From the NCBI RefSeq assembly GCF_006345805.1, contig NW_021825323.1, forward strand, positions 1,229,440 to 1,293,439: a stretch of DNA of 64,000 nucleotides, in the 5' to 3' direction. Every line of letters begins with the position of its first letter. Positions within the stretch are counted from its first letter, which is position 1. Of this stretch, positions 1 to 14,400 are shown piece by piece. The notes beneath the pieces are model-generated. The model had not been told where the DNA came from. It worked only from the letters and a program-made list of their open reading frames with translations, and did no database searches. This stretch comes from Octopus sinensis (Eukaryota). Made by a program: the position numbers and the translations under genes.

Positions 1-199
1 CTTAAGTAGATAATTTAAAATAAGTAGAGGTGGAAAAACTGCATAAATGTTGACATTCTATCCAGTCAATTAATATTCGACTGATTGCAATTAATAAGAC
101 ATTTTAGTTGTTGTTCAAACAACTATACTAATTTGAGTCATTTATAATCCAATAATTAGCGATTTTTTTGTAAAAGTCAATTTATTGAAGGAAAAAAGT

Positions 200-620
200 C
201 ATTGAACAAAATTTCATTTTTAAAATTTTCAACAAATGTTTGATTGGATTGAGGTCTGGTGATTGACTTGGCCATTCCAAAACATTTATTTTGTTCTTTA
301 GTAATCATTCAACAGTATTTTTGATTTATATTTAGGGTCTTTATCTTGCTAAAATGTCCATTGTTGTGTTAAATTTAATTTAGCAACCGAAGGAAACAGG
401 CATTCTTCCAGGATTTTTGAATATTTGAGCGAATTTATTATTTCAGCTATTACAAATAATTGTAGATGAAAAACGGCCCCACACCATGACACTTCCTCCC
501 CCGTGCTTTATGCTGGGTATGATGAGTTATATACCTGATTGAATTCATGCTAAATTGAAGGCTTGTAGTTCAGTCTGAAAAGTTGTAGTCTCCATTCCTT
601 ATCCAATCTTCAGCCCATAC
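200..620 (-). mobile_element. Degenerate Tc1/mariner transposase fragment
   Basis: Minus-strand translation gives [13 protein letters not shown] (about 244-280), a decayed WTF*QDKDP (about 340-360) and KHGGGSVMVWG (about 474-507). These are Tc1 DDE-domain motifs, with stops. Ends approximate. Confidence 0.75.
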
Positions 621-639
621 GTGCGATTTTCGTGATTTC

Positions 640-2050
640 AGTTTTAGTTGTATTCACAATAAGAAACCATTTCCCAAGCTGTGCTGTGGCAACATCGAGT
701 AACCGCCTCAAGGCTACTGTATCATGTAATACAAAGTCCACATCGTCAGCGTATACAATTTCGGTGATAAAAGAGTCTAAGATCACTCAGTGGCGCCTCC
801 AAGTATATCCCAAAAATGGGAAAAAATTTATAGATGACGTACTCCCAATTTGTACTATCAGTTCCGTGTTTGACAGTAGAACTTGTATCAACCTGACGCA
901 GTCCCCGTCGAGGAATCCCCGCAAAACACCAATAAGTTTTCTTCGGCGAATTATATCGAAAGTTCTCGACATTTTGATCTCCAGAATTGTGGTCGCACTC
1001 TTTGGCATGTAGCACAGCGCCACCTATGCCCCCAGTCCACATCGGCAGTAGATCTATCCGTCCTGAACCACTGTGGTTCAAAGACAGGAATACGCTTGCA
1101 GGCTCTTGTAAATAGTCCATCACCACCAGAGCAAGGACTTTTCTCAACGTATTGAGTAGAATGACAGGACGTAAGTAATCCACAGGACCCGTCTTCTTAT
1201 TTGGTCTTTGAATTGGGACCAGAATTTCTTTGCCGAAAGGAAGAAGGTTGTTAGTTGCGAACATTCTGCTTAGTACTTTGACCACGCTTTTCATTAGTAT
1301 TTTAGGGCCGTATTTCAGTAACTCAGACTTATACCCTCCGACCCTGGAGATCGATTGCTCTTCAGTCTTTCCATTGCTTTAGTGACTTCTTTCACCGTGA
1401 TTTCATTTGTCAAGTTTGCTGGGTTAGTAGTGATTAGGTCCACCTTTTCCAGTCAACATTAAATAGTCACTCAAAATAAGTAGCAATAAGTTCGGCTCAT
1501 TTCGAAGCATCAAAAATCATATTTCCGTTGTTGTTCTCGATCTTTAGTTTATTCGTTTACTTCCCCCTCTTAAGCAGCCTCATTGTTAAGAACATCTGCC
1601 CACAACCCTTTAGATCCTCCACTTTTTTGCCCTGTCTTCCAAAACGTTTGCAGTGTGTTCGTTGTTTAACTTTTTGATCAGATTCTGTATCCTGCTACGT
1701 TTTGATTTTAAAAATATTTCCTGACGGTATCCGTTGTGTTCTCTAACGATAGTCAAAGATCTTTCTATTTATTGCAGGGACATTTGTCTTTACATGTGCA
1801 TTTACAGCCGCCGCCCAATGTGAATTCTTTGTTTTGCATGCGTCCAGATGACTCCTTTATTGCTTATAGATAATGTTTTGTAGAATATTGATGGATTTTT
1901 CTGGTGGCATGTGAAGAGGATAATCGCTCAACTAGGTATGCCGTTTGTTTGGCATGATAAAATTTAGCATCTGAAGTGCGTACAAAACGACTTGTATTAT
2001 CGAACAGGGCAATGAGCTCACTTTCCAAGATGGCCCCTCCGTAATAGTGT
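640..2050 (-). mobile_element. Decayed non-LTR retrotransposon ORF2 (RT region, RTE-like)
   Basis: RT motifs YLRPVILLNTLRKVL, MSRTFDIIRR and YADDVDF (YADD at 742-753 on minus strand), with frameshifts and stops. Linker-like sequence continues to about 2050. Clade assignment tentative. Confidence 0.8.
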
Positions 2051-2069
2051 TCTGTCTTTCTGTCTACAA

Positions 2070-2335
2070 AACAAGGAATGCTTAATACTCGTTACAAACC
2101 ATACATTCTTCCAACATTGGACTACGCAACTCCATCATGAGCGCTTCTCTTGTCAAAAAAACTCCTTCAGAAGTTACAATCAATCCAAAACCAAGCACTC
2201 AAAATCACTACAAGTTGTATGAAGTCTACTCCGAACGACCATATGCATCAGAAAACCAAACTTGTAGACCATTTCGACATCTGTGGGACCCAATTCTTCG
2301 CTTCAGCGAGTATGATCAAAAACAACCCAAGATGT
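2070..2335 (+). mobile_element. Non-LTR retrotransposon fragment (post-RT thumb region)
   Basis: YKPYILPTLDYATPS*...LQKLQSIQNQALKITTSCMKSTP resembles the C-terminal RT/thumb segment of APE-type LINEs. Contains an in-frame stop. Confidence 0.6.
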
Positions 2336-2512
2336 GAGGATATAATTCAGTGTTTATTATTTTTGATATTATTTTTAATGTTTTTTCTGTTATGAATTTA
2401 AATATTTTTTATAAAAATATATAATTTATTAATTTATTGTTTTAAAATAATTTTTTAAACAAGTTATATATATAAAAGGAAATAGGAAATAAATCTCATT
2501 TTTGTTTTTCTG

Positions 2513-2994
2513 ATGGCGAAGGGTAAATCTAAAATAAAAATTGAATACATTTATGACAACATTAAACGAAGACAAACGTTAAGCAAAAGAAAACAAGGAT
2601 TGATCAAGAAAGCTGAAGAATTAGGGGTTTTGACTGGATCCGAAGTTCTTGTTATTATCTACAGTCCCACCAAAAATATGTATGTGTACAACACTGAAAG
2701 ATTTAAACCTTTTGTCGACGGCAAAGCTGCCATTTCTACAATTGCACAATGTCTTAACGATAAAAACTTTTCCATGGTTTATTAAGTTAAATTTACTATT
2801 TTATATAGAATTTATCCGACAAAGAAATGACTGGAAACTACGACTCCTACGGATATTTAGATAATCTTAATCAAAATTCAAATTATAGTTGTTATTCGAA
2901 TCATAACTATAACGATTCTTATGTTCCTGATGCTCAAGACTTGTGCCCTTCGATGTCATCGTGTTATGAACGAGGGTATAATCAAAACTTATAG
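2513..2994 (+). CDS. SRF: SRF-type (type I) MADS-box transcription factor, 2 exons
   Basis: MAKGKSKIKIEYIYDNIKRRQTLSKRKQGLIKKAEELGVLTGSEV...IAQCLN matches the SRF/MCM1 MADS plus SAM segment. A 32-nt GT-AG intron (2777-2808) restores an open frame to TAG at 2992-2994. Confidence 0.85.
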
Positions 2995-3339
2995 AGTATT
3001 CATTTGATTCAGTGTTAAATAAATCGAATTTTAATTTATTAATCCAAATTTGTCAATAGTTTAGTTATTGTGCCGAGAACCAAATTTTCGGAACTTTTTT
3101 GACAGAAATTCTATCTTTTCGGAACTATCTCAATCATGTAGACACAGTTCCAGCATTTTATTCAGAAGTATAGAGTAGGAATAAAATCCCTAAACATTCA
3201 TAATTATACAAATACATTTAAGATAGAAACCTCATTTTGATAGTAAATTTGTTTTGTTTATGAGGTTGATAAAGTTTTAACAAAATAGTTTTGTAAAACA
3301 TACATAGATTTAATATTATTTAATTGATATTAATCCGAC

Positions 3340-4060
3340 TGTTGTCCTCTGGAGGTTAATCTCCTCTTTTTAACACCACTCCTTGATCCTCTGTCTCCAA
3401 GTTAGTTACGACTCTTTTTCCCTCATTCTCCATATTATCTTCGTACGAATGACTTGCTTCAATTAAGAGGCTGCTGGCTGATTTTATTTCCTCATCAGTG
3501 ATTCTGATCCCATTCCTGTGCTTAACAATCATACTCTCCAGTGTTTTCTTTAACACAACTGACTGTATATAAGACTGAGTTCCGTCTTCGATAGCCAACT
3601 TTTCAATGTAGTTTTTAAAAAACTTGGAAACGAGCCCGTCCCAAATCAAAACCAGTGAAATTATTTTCACTTGAGCTTCGTAAAGAATGGACAACTCCCA
3701 TGCCAATAGATCGTATTTATAGCATTTCTCGACCTCGACCTGCTATTATTAATAAGCACAACGCAAAATAACGTTAGTAAAGTTATCTCGCTTGTGCCAC
3801 CCTCTCCTGGATGCGTTTTGTTAATCGCTTCCAAGTTCCTCTGTTCCTCGATAGTTCCCTCAGGTGCTCAAGATCGTCTGCTGATTTCAACCCTTTTCCA
3901 ATCAAAGTTAGATCTTGATGCAGGAGGGTTGCTTTCGTGGTCTTCCTCGGAGATTGTTCCCGGATGGGGGCGTAGTGGTGTTTCCTATCCATTCTTAGGA
4001 TGTGACCGAATAAGTCCCATCTATTACTGACCTGCTATAAAGTTTTAATATCATTAAGAG
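3340..4060 (-). mobile_element. 3' fragment of R4/NeSL-like (RLE) non-LTR retrotransposon, interrupted by an RTE-like insertion
   Basis: QVEVEKCYKYDLLAWEL...IWDGLVSK...YIQSVVLKKTLES is closely similar to the C-terminus of the 30067-32079 ORF. Confidence 0.85.
3747..4028 (-). mobile_element. 5'-truncated RTE-like LINE 3' end (282 bp) with 10-bp TSD
   Basis: Flanked by gacctgctat at 3737-3746 and 4029-4038. Encodes ...RKTTKATLLHQDL...DLEHLRELSRNRGTWKRL..., an RTE-like C-terminus. Confidence 0.8.
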
Positions 4061-4199
4061 CCACTAATAATTATATCGAAATATCCTACAAATTGACACT
4101 AGTTCATAAAATGGTAAAATTTACGAATACTTCATAGTGAATTGTAATGGAAAAGTTGCTAAATTTCAAAAACTTTACAACTCTGTAGAACGAGTTGGA

Positions 4200-5700
4200 A
4201 TCCAGATCCGACACTTTAAACCAACCCAAGTGGAGTAACTATGACTTGGTGTCTGTAGACCCAATTTTGTTATATCTAATCATGTCAGGAAATACAGAAA
4301 GTTGCTGATGATGAAATTGAGTTGGCTGTCGTCATGAATGATAGTCCACTCTGCGTGCTTGAAATATATCTCGAAGGTGTGAAGTGAGGCAGTGAGGGTC
4401 AGTGAGTGGGCTCGCAAGTGATGTCTCCTCTTATTATAGCAACTAAGAATACAAAAAGGAGGACTGATACCACAACATATGTGACAGTTCTTGACTTGTA
4501 CTGTACAACTCTTTCGTTCACAATTTTGATGATCACTGAGTATGCCATTTGTTAGTCGATATCGACAGAAGCATTGTGAATGTCTCCAGACTGTCCTCGT
4601 CCTCGGAGGGAGGCTGACCATCATCACCAACAATTCATCTATGGCCGCGTAGGACAAGTAGAATATGTCACAACAACACTATTCTCTCTACATTTCCATT
4701 TTTTGAATATGGCATTAGCAAAATACCTCATAAATATGCCCACTCACCTGCATTAGCAAAATACTTTTTCGGAGTTCATTAATCTTGGTCAACCAACTCC
4801 TCTTTAGATTCGACCATCTTTTGACGGTGACCAAATCCAGCAACCTGTTCGTGTTGTTCGATGCAGGAGATTATCCCCGAAAATAAATTGCGTCGGAAAA
4901 TGACCCCTTATTGGTAGTGATTTACCAACTCATAAAAGACGGCTCTGTTCTTGTTAGTTTACCAGTGTTCTTCACTATTACATTGTGTTTGTGTGGATAT
5001 CAATATAACCACGTGCCTGATAGGTTGACTCGGTCTCGGATGGGGGAGTGGTAATATCGCAGTCTAAAACGTGACAAAAACACTTACAAGTCAAACTTAA
5101 TCAGAAAATTGGCTTCCTCACTTTTATTCCCGAACAAGTCAAAGTTAAGTCTCTCCTATATGAAATTGAAAGACTTGATTTTCCACACAGTCACTGGTCG
5201 TCTGAGTACATTTCCTTGAAGGGGAAAGACCGAGTATTCCAGGGAACTGTCCAGGGACAAGGAGCCCCCCTTTAGTTGTACCCCATGAACCATTTCCCCG
5301 GTCATTTAGTATTAAATCACAAAACTGTCGAGATTAAGAGCAAAGTTGAACTCCCTACTCATAGTGAAATGTCATCACGTAAAATGGCGAGAAAGTCGTA
5401 TTCGTTTGTAAAATGATCGTCCAAAGAGTGGACACAATTTTCAAAATAAAGTTGTAAATAATATTTCTTAGGTCAATTTTCAGTCAATTTTTAAAACTTT
5501 ACGGTCAATTAAATGGGCTTTTTAAAGGGAATTTCTATTTTTTATGTCAATAAAAATGTTACTCTACTGATGAGAGTAACCACAGTTGTTCTAAGTCGAG
5601 GTGTATGGGTCATTCGTAAGGCAATACATCAACGATAACTTTAGTCAGGCTCTCCAATTGTCGTGAAGGACGTAACGAAACATGTCGAACCAACTCAACT
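4200..5700 (-). pseudogene. Unidentified intron-containing pseudogene remnant (copy A)
   Basis: A 24-nt GT-AG intron (gtaagtgtttttgtcacgttttag, about 5064-5087) joins in-frame stretches EANFLIKFDL/LRYYHSPIRDRVNL. There is a second GTGAGT donor near 4748 and many stops. No family recognised. Confidence 0.35.
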
Positions 5701-6652
5701 TTGGGACTGCAATCACGACTGGGCGACGTTATCAAGTCAAGGCAGTGGAAAAAGCGTGCTTGATGGCACCATCTTTAATCACAATGTCATTAGCATTCAC
5801 TTGATACATCTTGCCAGGTTATTTCCAACAAATATACCACAGTCCACTTATTCCCATCAAATGAAAAAACAGGGTCTTTGACTTTTTGGGTCGCTACAGC
5901 TGCCGGAACGTATTTCCGAGAACCGGAGACTTGTCGAAAGTATCTTGCATGTTCACATTTCCTCTCAAATCAGGATTTTGTGAGTTTTCATATCATCAGT
6001 CACTTTTTGAGACCTTATGATAAATTAGTACTAGGCTGGTTATTCCCAGGCCACATTCGAGATCTGACTTCAAAGCACTGAACGGATTTGAAGTGGTTGT
6101 CGGAGCCTGAGATTTTTGAGTACTTAAACTAGCCTAATAAATAATTTTTTGAGTACTACTTGAGAAACTGACTTAAATCCTTTAGGGTAGTTGGCTCTTA
6201 TAAAAGTCATCATTTTTTGGAAATGGCTGACATTGAATTGCACCAGGAAATTTGATTTTCATCACTAAAGTCATTTCTCATTAAATTAACCTTGATTTGT
6301 ACTGAACTCAGATTTTATTGAAGAAAAAAACAGTTGCATCTTCGATTGTCGAGCAAAAACTAGGAGGATCGTAATCAGTCTAGGAATATCAGTCCTGCCA
6401 CCCACAACCATGAAGGCCAGGCATAGAAAGAACAGAATTCTGAAACTGCCTTCAGATTATTGGGAAATTTGGACTTGAAATTATCTTTTCGAATTTCTTT
6501 GACTATGATAAATAATGGAAACCTGGATTGAAGTGATTATTGAATTAATCACATCATTATTCTATAAAAGATTAATATTTTAATTCACTTTTTCGGGGTT
6601 GCCCTGTGATAAAATCTCCAAATGCGAGTTTAATCTATTGACCAGTAATTGA

Positions 6653-7159
6653 CTCTGGACTTAGAAAATTACTTAGTTAATTAGTTTTTTTAATAAAGCT
6701 GTTTGCATAATAAATAGTGAGCTAATAAAAATATTTTCTATTTTTAAAAATTAATGTTATTGAAATCTTGACTTTATAGAGAACAAGATTTATTATTAAA
6801 ATTAAAACAAACAATTAGAGAACTCTTAATAACATTTAGTGTTAAATAAATTACTTCCTCTTTGAAAAGAACACAAGTGACTGTAGATCTTATTTGTTAT
6901 GAAGTATCTATATCTTGTTTCCAAAAAACAAAAAAAGACAGGAAGCTTCTATGGAGGATGAACTATTCATCAAGCAAGAAATCAAAAATTTATGCACAAC
7001 TTCTGCTTACTTTGAAGGCTCTGGACTTAGAAAATTACTTAGTTAATTAGTTTTTTTTTTAAATAAACCTGTTTGCATAATAAATAGTGAGCTAATAAAA
7101 ATATTTTCTATTTTATAAAATTAATGTTATTGAAATGTTGACTTTATAGAGAACAAGAT
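6653..7159. repeat. About 140-bp AT-rich direct repeat (6653-6789 and 7019-7159)
   Basis: ctctggacttagaaaattacttagttaattag...actttatagagaacaagat occurs twice, nearly identical. Confidence 0.9.
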
Positions 7160-7654
7160 GAATGGTCACAGGTGTAGTGAATAGCATATACTTCAAAAGT
7201 CGGCATAATAGTTCACAAATAAAATACACAAAATTAATAATATAACACCCATTAATATTGTAATCTATCTTAATGATTATTCACTTAAAAAACAAAAGAC
7301 TACATTACAAAAATACGTGGTTAAATTCCTAAAAAATCGTTAAAAATACGAAATCAATAAAAAATAAACAAAATCTTTTGAAAAATAAAAAAAGTTGTAC
7401 AAAATATAATCAGTGTCAGTAACTGCTTCCAATTAGTGAATTCTTCCAAATCTTCCCTATAGATTAAAAATAGGATTAACCACTCTCTAACAGGAATAAA
7501 AATTTCCAATAATATTAAAAAATATTATAATTAAAAGAAATAATAAATTCAATTAATTTGAAACTGAATGTTTTATCGTTTTTTGTTGTGCACTTGATAA
7601 TTTAGCCATTTTTTGAACATTAAAATTCATCAATAAAAAATCAGAAACAATTTC

Positions 7655-9620
<1,966 letters not shown>

Positions 9621-9745
9621 TCTGCGAAATATGTGGCTTATGCCATTTTTTATTTTAATCACTTTTTATTTAAATAATTTTCTGTTTTTTACTATCATAG
9701 CTATACTAGTTTTTATGTAAATAAAGTTAGATGGTTTTTTTAGAT

Positions 9746-11321
9746 CAGGGGTGCGCAAGTGCGGCCGTGAGTCGATGAATGTGCGGCCGTGGGCACAATT
9801 AGGTCATCGAGCAACTAATCTTAAATATAATGCTCATATTGTTAATTAATCAAGAAAAACCCTAAATGATATTTTTTTTTTAGGATTAAATTTATTTCAA
9901 ATCAAAAGAGAAATAGTCATTGGCAGATAGCCAGAGTATTGCCTCTGACTATGGCTATAGATATTCTTTCGATTAAATACCGGTGCTCACACGGGTCGCC
10001 GGTAACCCTTTCGATTAATGAGGCAATGCGCTGGAGTAGGGTCCGAGTAGAAGGCCCCTGTATTCCTGACGTCTCAACAGCCAGGGGGACAAACACTCTT
10101 CCATTCCCAATTCCAGCGTATTTCTCAGCTTTTCTTTTCTCAGCCCGTTCAGACGGGGCTCCAGGATTCTCGATGCATAATTTGATATTCTGATTAGAAA
10201 AGGAGTTCACACACGTGACGTCCCAAACCAGACACTTTCCCCTCTGGAATGGAAATGTGGTCATCCCATCGGGTCTTCTGCCGTCCTCTACGAAAATCCC
10301 TGCAGGTTCCAATTGTGTGTGGAATCCCGCAGTTCGAAGAGATCGACAGATGATCTGGTTCAGTTCGGAATGCCGTGAGGAACGTCCAATTCCGTTTCGA
10401 CAGGAGAGGGAGTGATATCCAAACTCGTCAGTCCACACGCCGCACCGGCTTTGGTGTTTTTCATAAACGCGTAGACCGAGGCGCAGACAAACTCCAATTC
10501 TTATGGCTTCATCATTAAGAAGGCAGCCAGTTGTATTACAAGGGTAACAGTTTAGCCACGCGCCGCTTAGGGGCTGGCTGCCCGCTTGTAAACAAGCCAA
10601 CCTTCTCTGGTCCATGGTTTCCTTTAGGCATGAAATGATAATTAAAAATATTCATAAACGGCTTAATTTATTTATGTCATTACCTGTTGAAAGACGACGT
10701 TCTTGAATGAAGAAAAAAGAAAATTTAATATCAACTGGGAAAGTGAATACTTCGTAGTCGAAACAGACAACAATAGCATGCAATGCTATTGTGCCATGAG
10801 ATTGTGAAAACTATAAAACGGGACAATGCTAAACAACATTTTCAAAGACATTTAGACCACCTAGTTGTCAAGTCCAAGTGTTCAAGAGAAGATTCCGTCC
10901 AAAATTTGAAATACAAATTAAGACAACAAAAAAATGTTTAAAAACTTTTTTATTTATGTGAGTCTACATTTTCCAAAATGAAATATTTAAAAAGTCAATA
11001 TAGATCTCGGATAACGGATGCAAACTTAGAGTCATGTTTGCGCATAATGATATCTACCCTACCCGTGGATTTCAAAATAATTATATGTCCACGAAATAAT
11101 TATTTATTTTAATAATATGATGTCCCTGATGAACGAGAGCATTTCCTGTCCAAGAACTCATTTGGTCTCGATGACAATGGGCAACTTATGCGGTCACTTT
11201 TAATAATTAAAAAAAATTACTATATTAATATCGAAAAAATAATGCAGAAAATGTGCGGCTGTGGAAGAGAAGGAAAAAAAATGCTATGCAGCCGCAAACC
11301 CAAAAAGCTTGCGCACCCCTG
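9746..11321 (+). mobile_element. Internally deleted hAT DNA transposon
   Basis: 14-bp TIRs caggggtgcgcaag (9746-9759) and cttgcgcacccctg (11308-11321). 8-bp TSD ttttagat (9738-9745 and 11322-11329); empty site in copy B at 34491-34498. hAT dimerisation-domain remnant LCESTFSKMKYLKSQYRSRITDANLESCLRI at about 10955-11050. Confidence 0.95.
9872..10632 (-). mobile_element. 5'-truncated CRE-like non-LTR retrotransposon (Zn-knuckle plus RLE end) nested in the hAT element
   Basis: ORF 9917-10615 has HSLSC...RHSELN, RPDG, WDVTC and AVET motifs. Poly(A) tail seen as T10 at 9872-9881; TSD aaatgata at 9864-9871 and 10633-10640. Confidence 0.9.
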
Positions 11322-11402
11322 TTTTAGATTTTTAATTTATGTTTTTTTAATTTATAATGAATATTTTTTAATAATTTTATTTAAATTAAAGTGTGAGGTT
11401 GC

Positions 11403-14400
11403 ATGTCGGTTTCGATATCTGATTGCATTCTATTTTCCGGGACTTTTACCCACATAAATATAAAAGTAATAATAAATATATTTATAATAATTAAAGAAAC
11501 ACGTGGATTGTATAGACTTTCCAACCGGAACATATCTTAAAGAAATCAGAATAATCCCAAACGACATTGAAGTCAAGCAGAAAAAAATAAGAGGGTTTCT
11601 TGTTGTGATAATTTCAGATGCACATCCCCGAACAGTTTTTTGGTCGAATTGCACGTTTTTGATATTGCAACGCGGGAATTCCTCATTGTCAACACGTATA
11701 GTCGACAATTTGATTGATTTAGTGTTCAATATGACCAAAATTCAACATTTATGAGCACAATTGACTACAAAGTATTCTCCCCTCACAATTCAGATGCCCA
11801 CAACCTGTCTAGTCTTGAGAGGAAGCTACAAGAACATCACTCTCGTGGTAATCGGGATTGCCTCTCCGCAGTTTCCCAGAGAGTTGAGGGTCAATCGTTA
11901 GTCGTCTTTTAATTAATGTCGTGATTAGCATGTGGATCGAGCTCACTAGATCCCAACATGAACTATGTATTACAAATAATCATTTTATATAGAGTTTCCC
12001 CAATTATACTTCTGACGATGCTTTGAAAAGTATTTTTTTAATAAAACACTTTTTAGAATTAATATTATTGAATGAGGATGACTCAGACTTGGAAAATTGT
12101 CCACAAACTGTAAATATTCATATTTATATTTCAGAATGAATTGTTTTTTGCTTTGTTGAACTCATTTGATGAACAATTGACCCCCCTGGAGGACAAAGAT
12201 GATATTTCTGGTTTGGTTAGTCAAAATGAGGTTGATTCTTTTTTTGAATTCGTCAAAAATGAATTAAAATCCGAAATGTATTCAAAACTGGCTCCATGTA
12301 GGTTCGATCAAAAATCGTGTAAAGATTACATTTCAAAAATGCCGTTTTTGTTGAAGAGAATTGAAAAGTCAGACAAGTCAAAATTCGAATGTTTTGAGTT
12401 TGTGAGATTCGTAGTGTGCACACAGTCACTGATTGAATGGCTGGTCTTGGTTTTTACTGACATTCCCACAAAGAGCTCGGAGATTTTGAAAATAGGCTTT
12501 TCTCTAATCGAGCAGTTGGCCGAAACTGGGAATTCTGTGGCTGTCCGTGTTCTTGAATCTCCGTTGGTTCCAATCTGGCTCAATGAGTTGGCAAAATCCG
12601 AGTTGACGGTCACCCTGAAGATGAAGTTTATCCTTTCATTTAGCACTCTTCTCCGGTCTTCGGAATGCTTTGATATTTTGACTATGCACAATTCTTCTCT
12701 TCAAGATTTATTTGACTCAATCAGCGAGGTCCCTGATGTATGTTTATTTGTAGAGTGGCATTCAGTCTATTAGACTAAGAGCAACTGTTCAGACTCTCCT
12801 GTCCAAGTTGGAGATTTGGCAGGCACTCAAATCAATTGGAGAAAGTCTCAGAATGACAAAGGAATTGGAAAATGTCCACAATGTCCATCAAGTTATCAAA
12901 GACTTGGAGTTTCTCATCAAAATATATTCTCACTCTCAAACTGAGTTGGAAAATGTATTCAGTGGATGTTACTTGTTGGTAGATTTCAGTATTGTGTTCG
13001 CCGAAGACGTTTCATTTGGGGATCCACGTTGATTCATTCGGTTTAATCCACACTCTTTTGGAAGAATTGTACTTTTCACTAATTATCTTTTTTTGAATAG
13101 TCGTGTTTTTGAATGTGTCGATCGTCTCATTTCTAACTCTCCTCATTTGCTACTTCAGGATAAAATGACTTTGTTTGGTCGTTTTGGAGTTTTGTGATGA
13201 CTTTGTCTTCAACCTACAAAGGATTGCTTTTTCTTTTGAAGTGTCCTCCTTTTTTCAACGCGTTTATTGATGTGGATCTTCGTTTTTTTGAATCCACGCG
13301 TTCTGTGTTGATATCAAGTTATTGTGAGTTAATTTGCCGACTTCATTCAATTCGGTCTGCTGAAAATTTGAGAGATTTACTTTCTGGTTTTTTACGTTTT
13401 TATTTATTTTAGACGAGAACTGTGCCATTGACTCCTTTTCCGACGTGATTGAAAAAATCCTCAAAATGTGTTCTCACGCACACGGGAGGAAGGCCATGGT
13501 TGCTGTTTTTGAGATGGAGGATAATTTTGATTTGATTGTTAGTCTTTTTGTGAGGATTTTCGGTATATTAATCACATTAATTGTTTTAGAAAATGAGTGC
13601 TCGTCACTGGAGTGTGGCTGTTCTCGGTTATTCGGTCGTTTTTTGTCGAATATCATCGAATCGGCTACGTCTGCTAGATTTTTTAGGTTTTTAACAAGTC
13701 AGCTTCTGCCTCTGCTAAAGCAAAGTATGTGTAATGGAGTTGTATGCAAGATATAGATGACGATGAGTGCTTATCCAGTTTAAGGGAATTGCTGCAACAA
13801 ATAAGCAGATTCGACTGGACGGAGGATGAGTGTATGACCGAGGCTGTGTCCGCCATTGCACATTACTCCCAGAATTTGTCACATCAGCCATTTGGACTGC
13901 TTTGTGTGATGAGAATGTGCAGTGATGTCATTAATCCCAAACATCGTGACGAGGAAAACCAAAGCAAGTTTCAGAGGCTTTCGTTTCTTCTTTATTTTGT
14001 GTCTGCTAATGGATTCCGTTGTCTGTTCGAACTGATAAATGTTTTTCACATATTTCTGGATTGTTCTAGAATATTCTAACCATCGCTGAACCAGCTTGGT
14101 TGTCCTTTGCCCCTTCTGTAGAAGTAATGACTTATTTTTTGAACCTGCTCCTCCCAACGTTGCAAATTATTTCCACTTTTGTACGAGAGGTGTCAGAATG
14201 CGGATGTCCAGTTGTCGACTTTAGTCTTTATGTTCTCTAGTTTAAAGATTCGGCCATTTTCTGTCCTTTGCTTCGTTGTTGGAGTTTAGTTTTTCACCTT
14301 CCGGTTGGATCCAACAACAAAAATGAAGTATTCTGTTTGTCTCCAATTAGTAGATCACTTGCACTGTGATTGACATTCTGACAGAATTCATCCATTCGGA

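Noticed and set aside
5760-6600. Exon-like sequence unique to copy A
   Set aside because: All frames are interrupted by stops and no homology was recognised.
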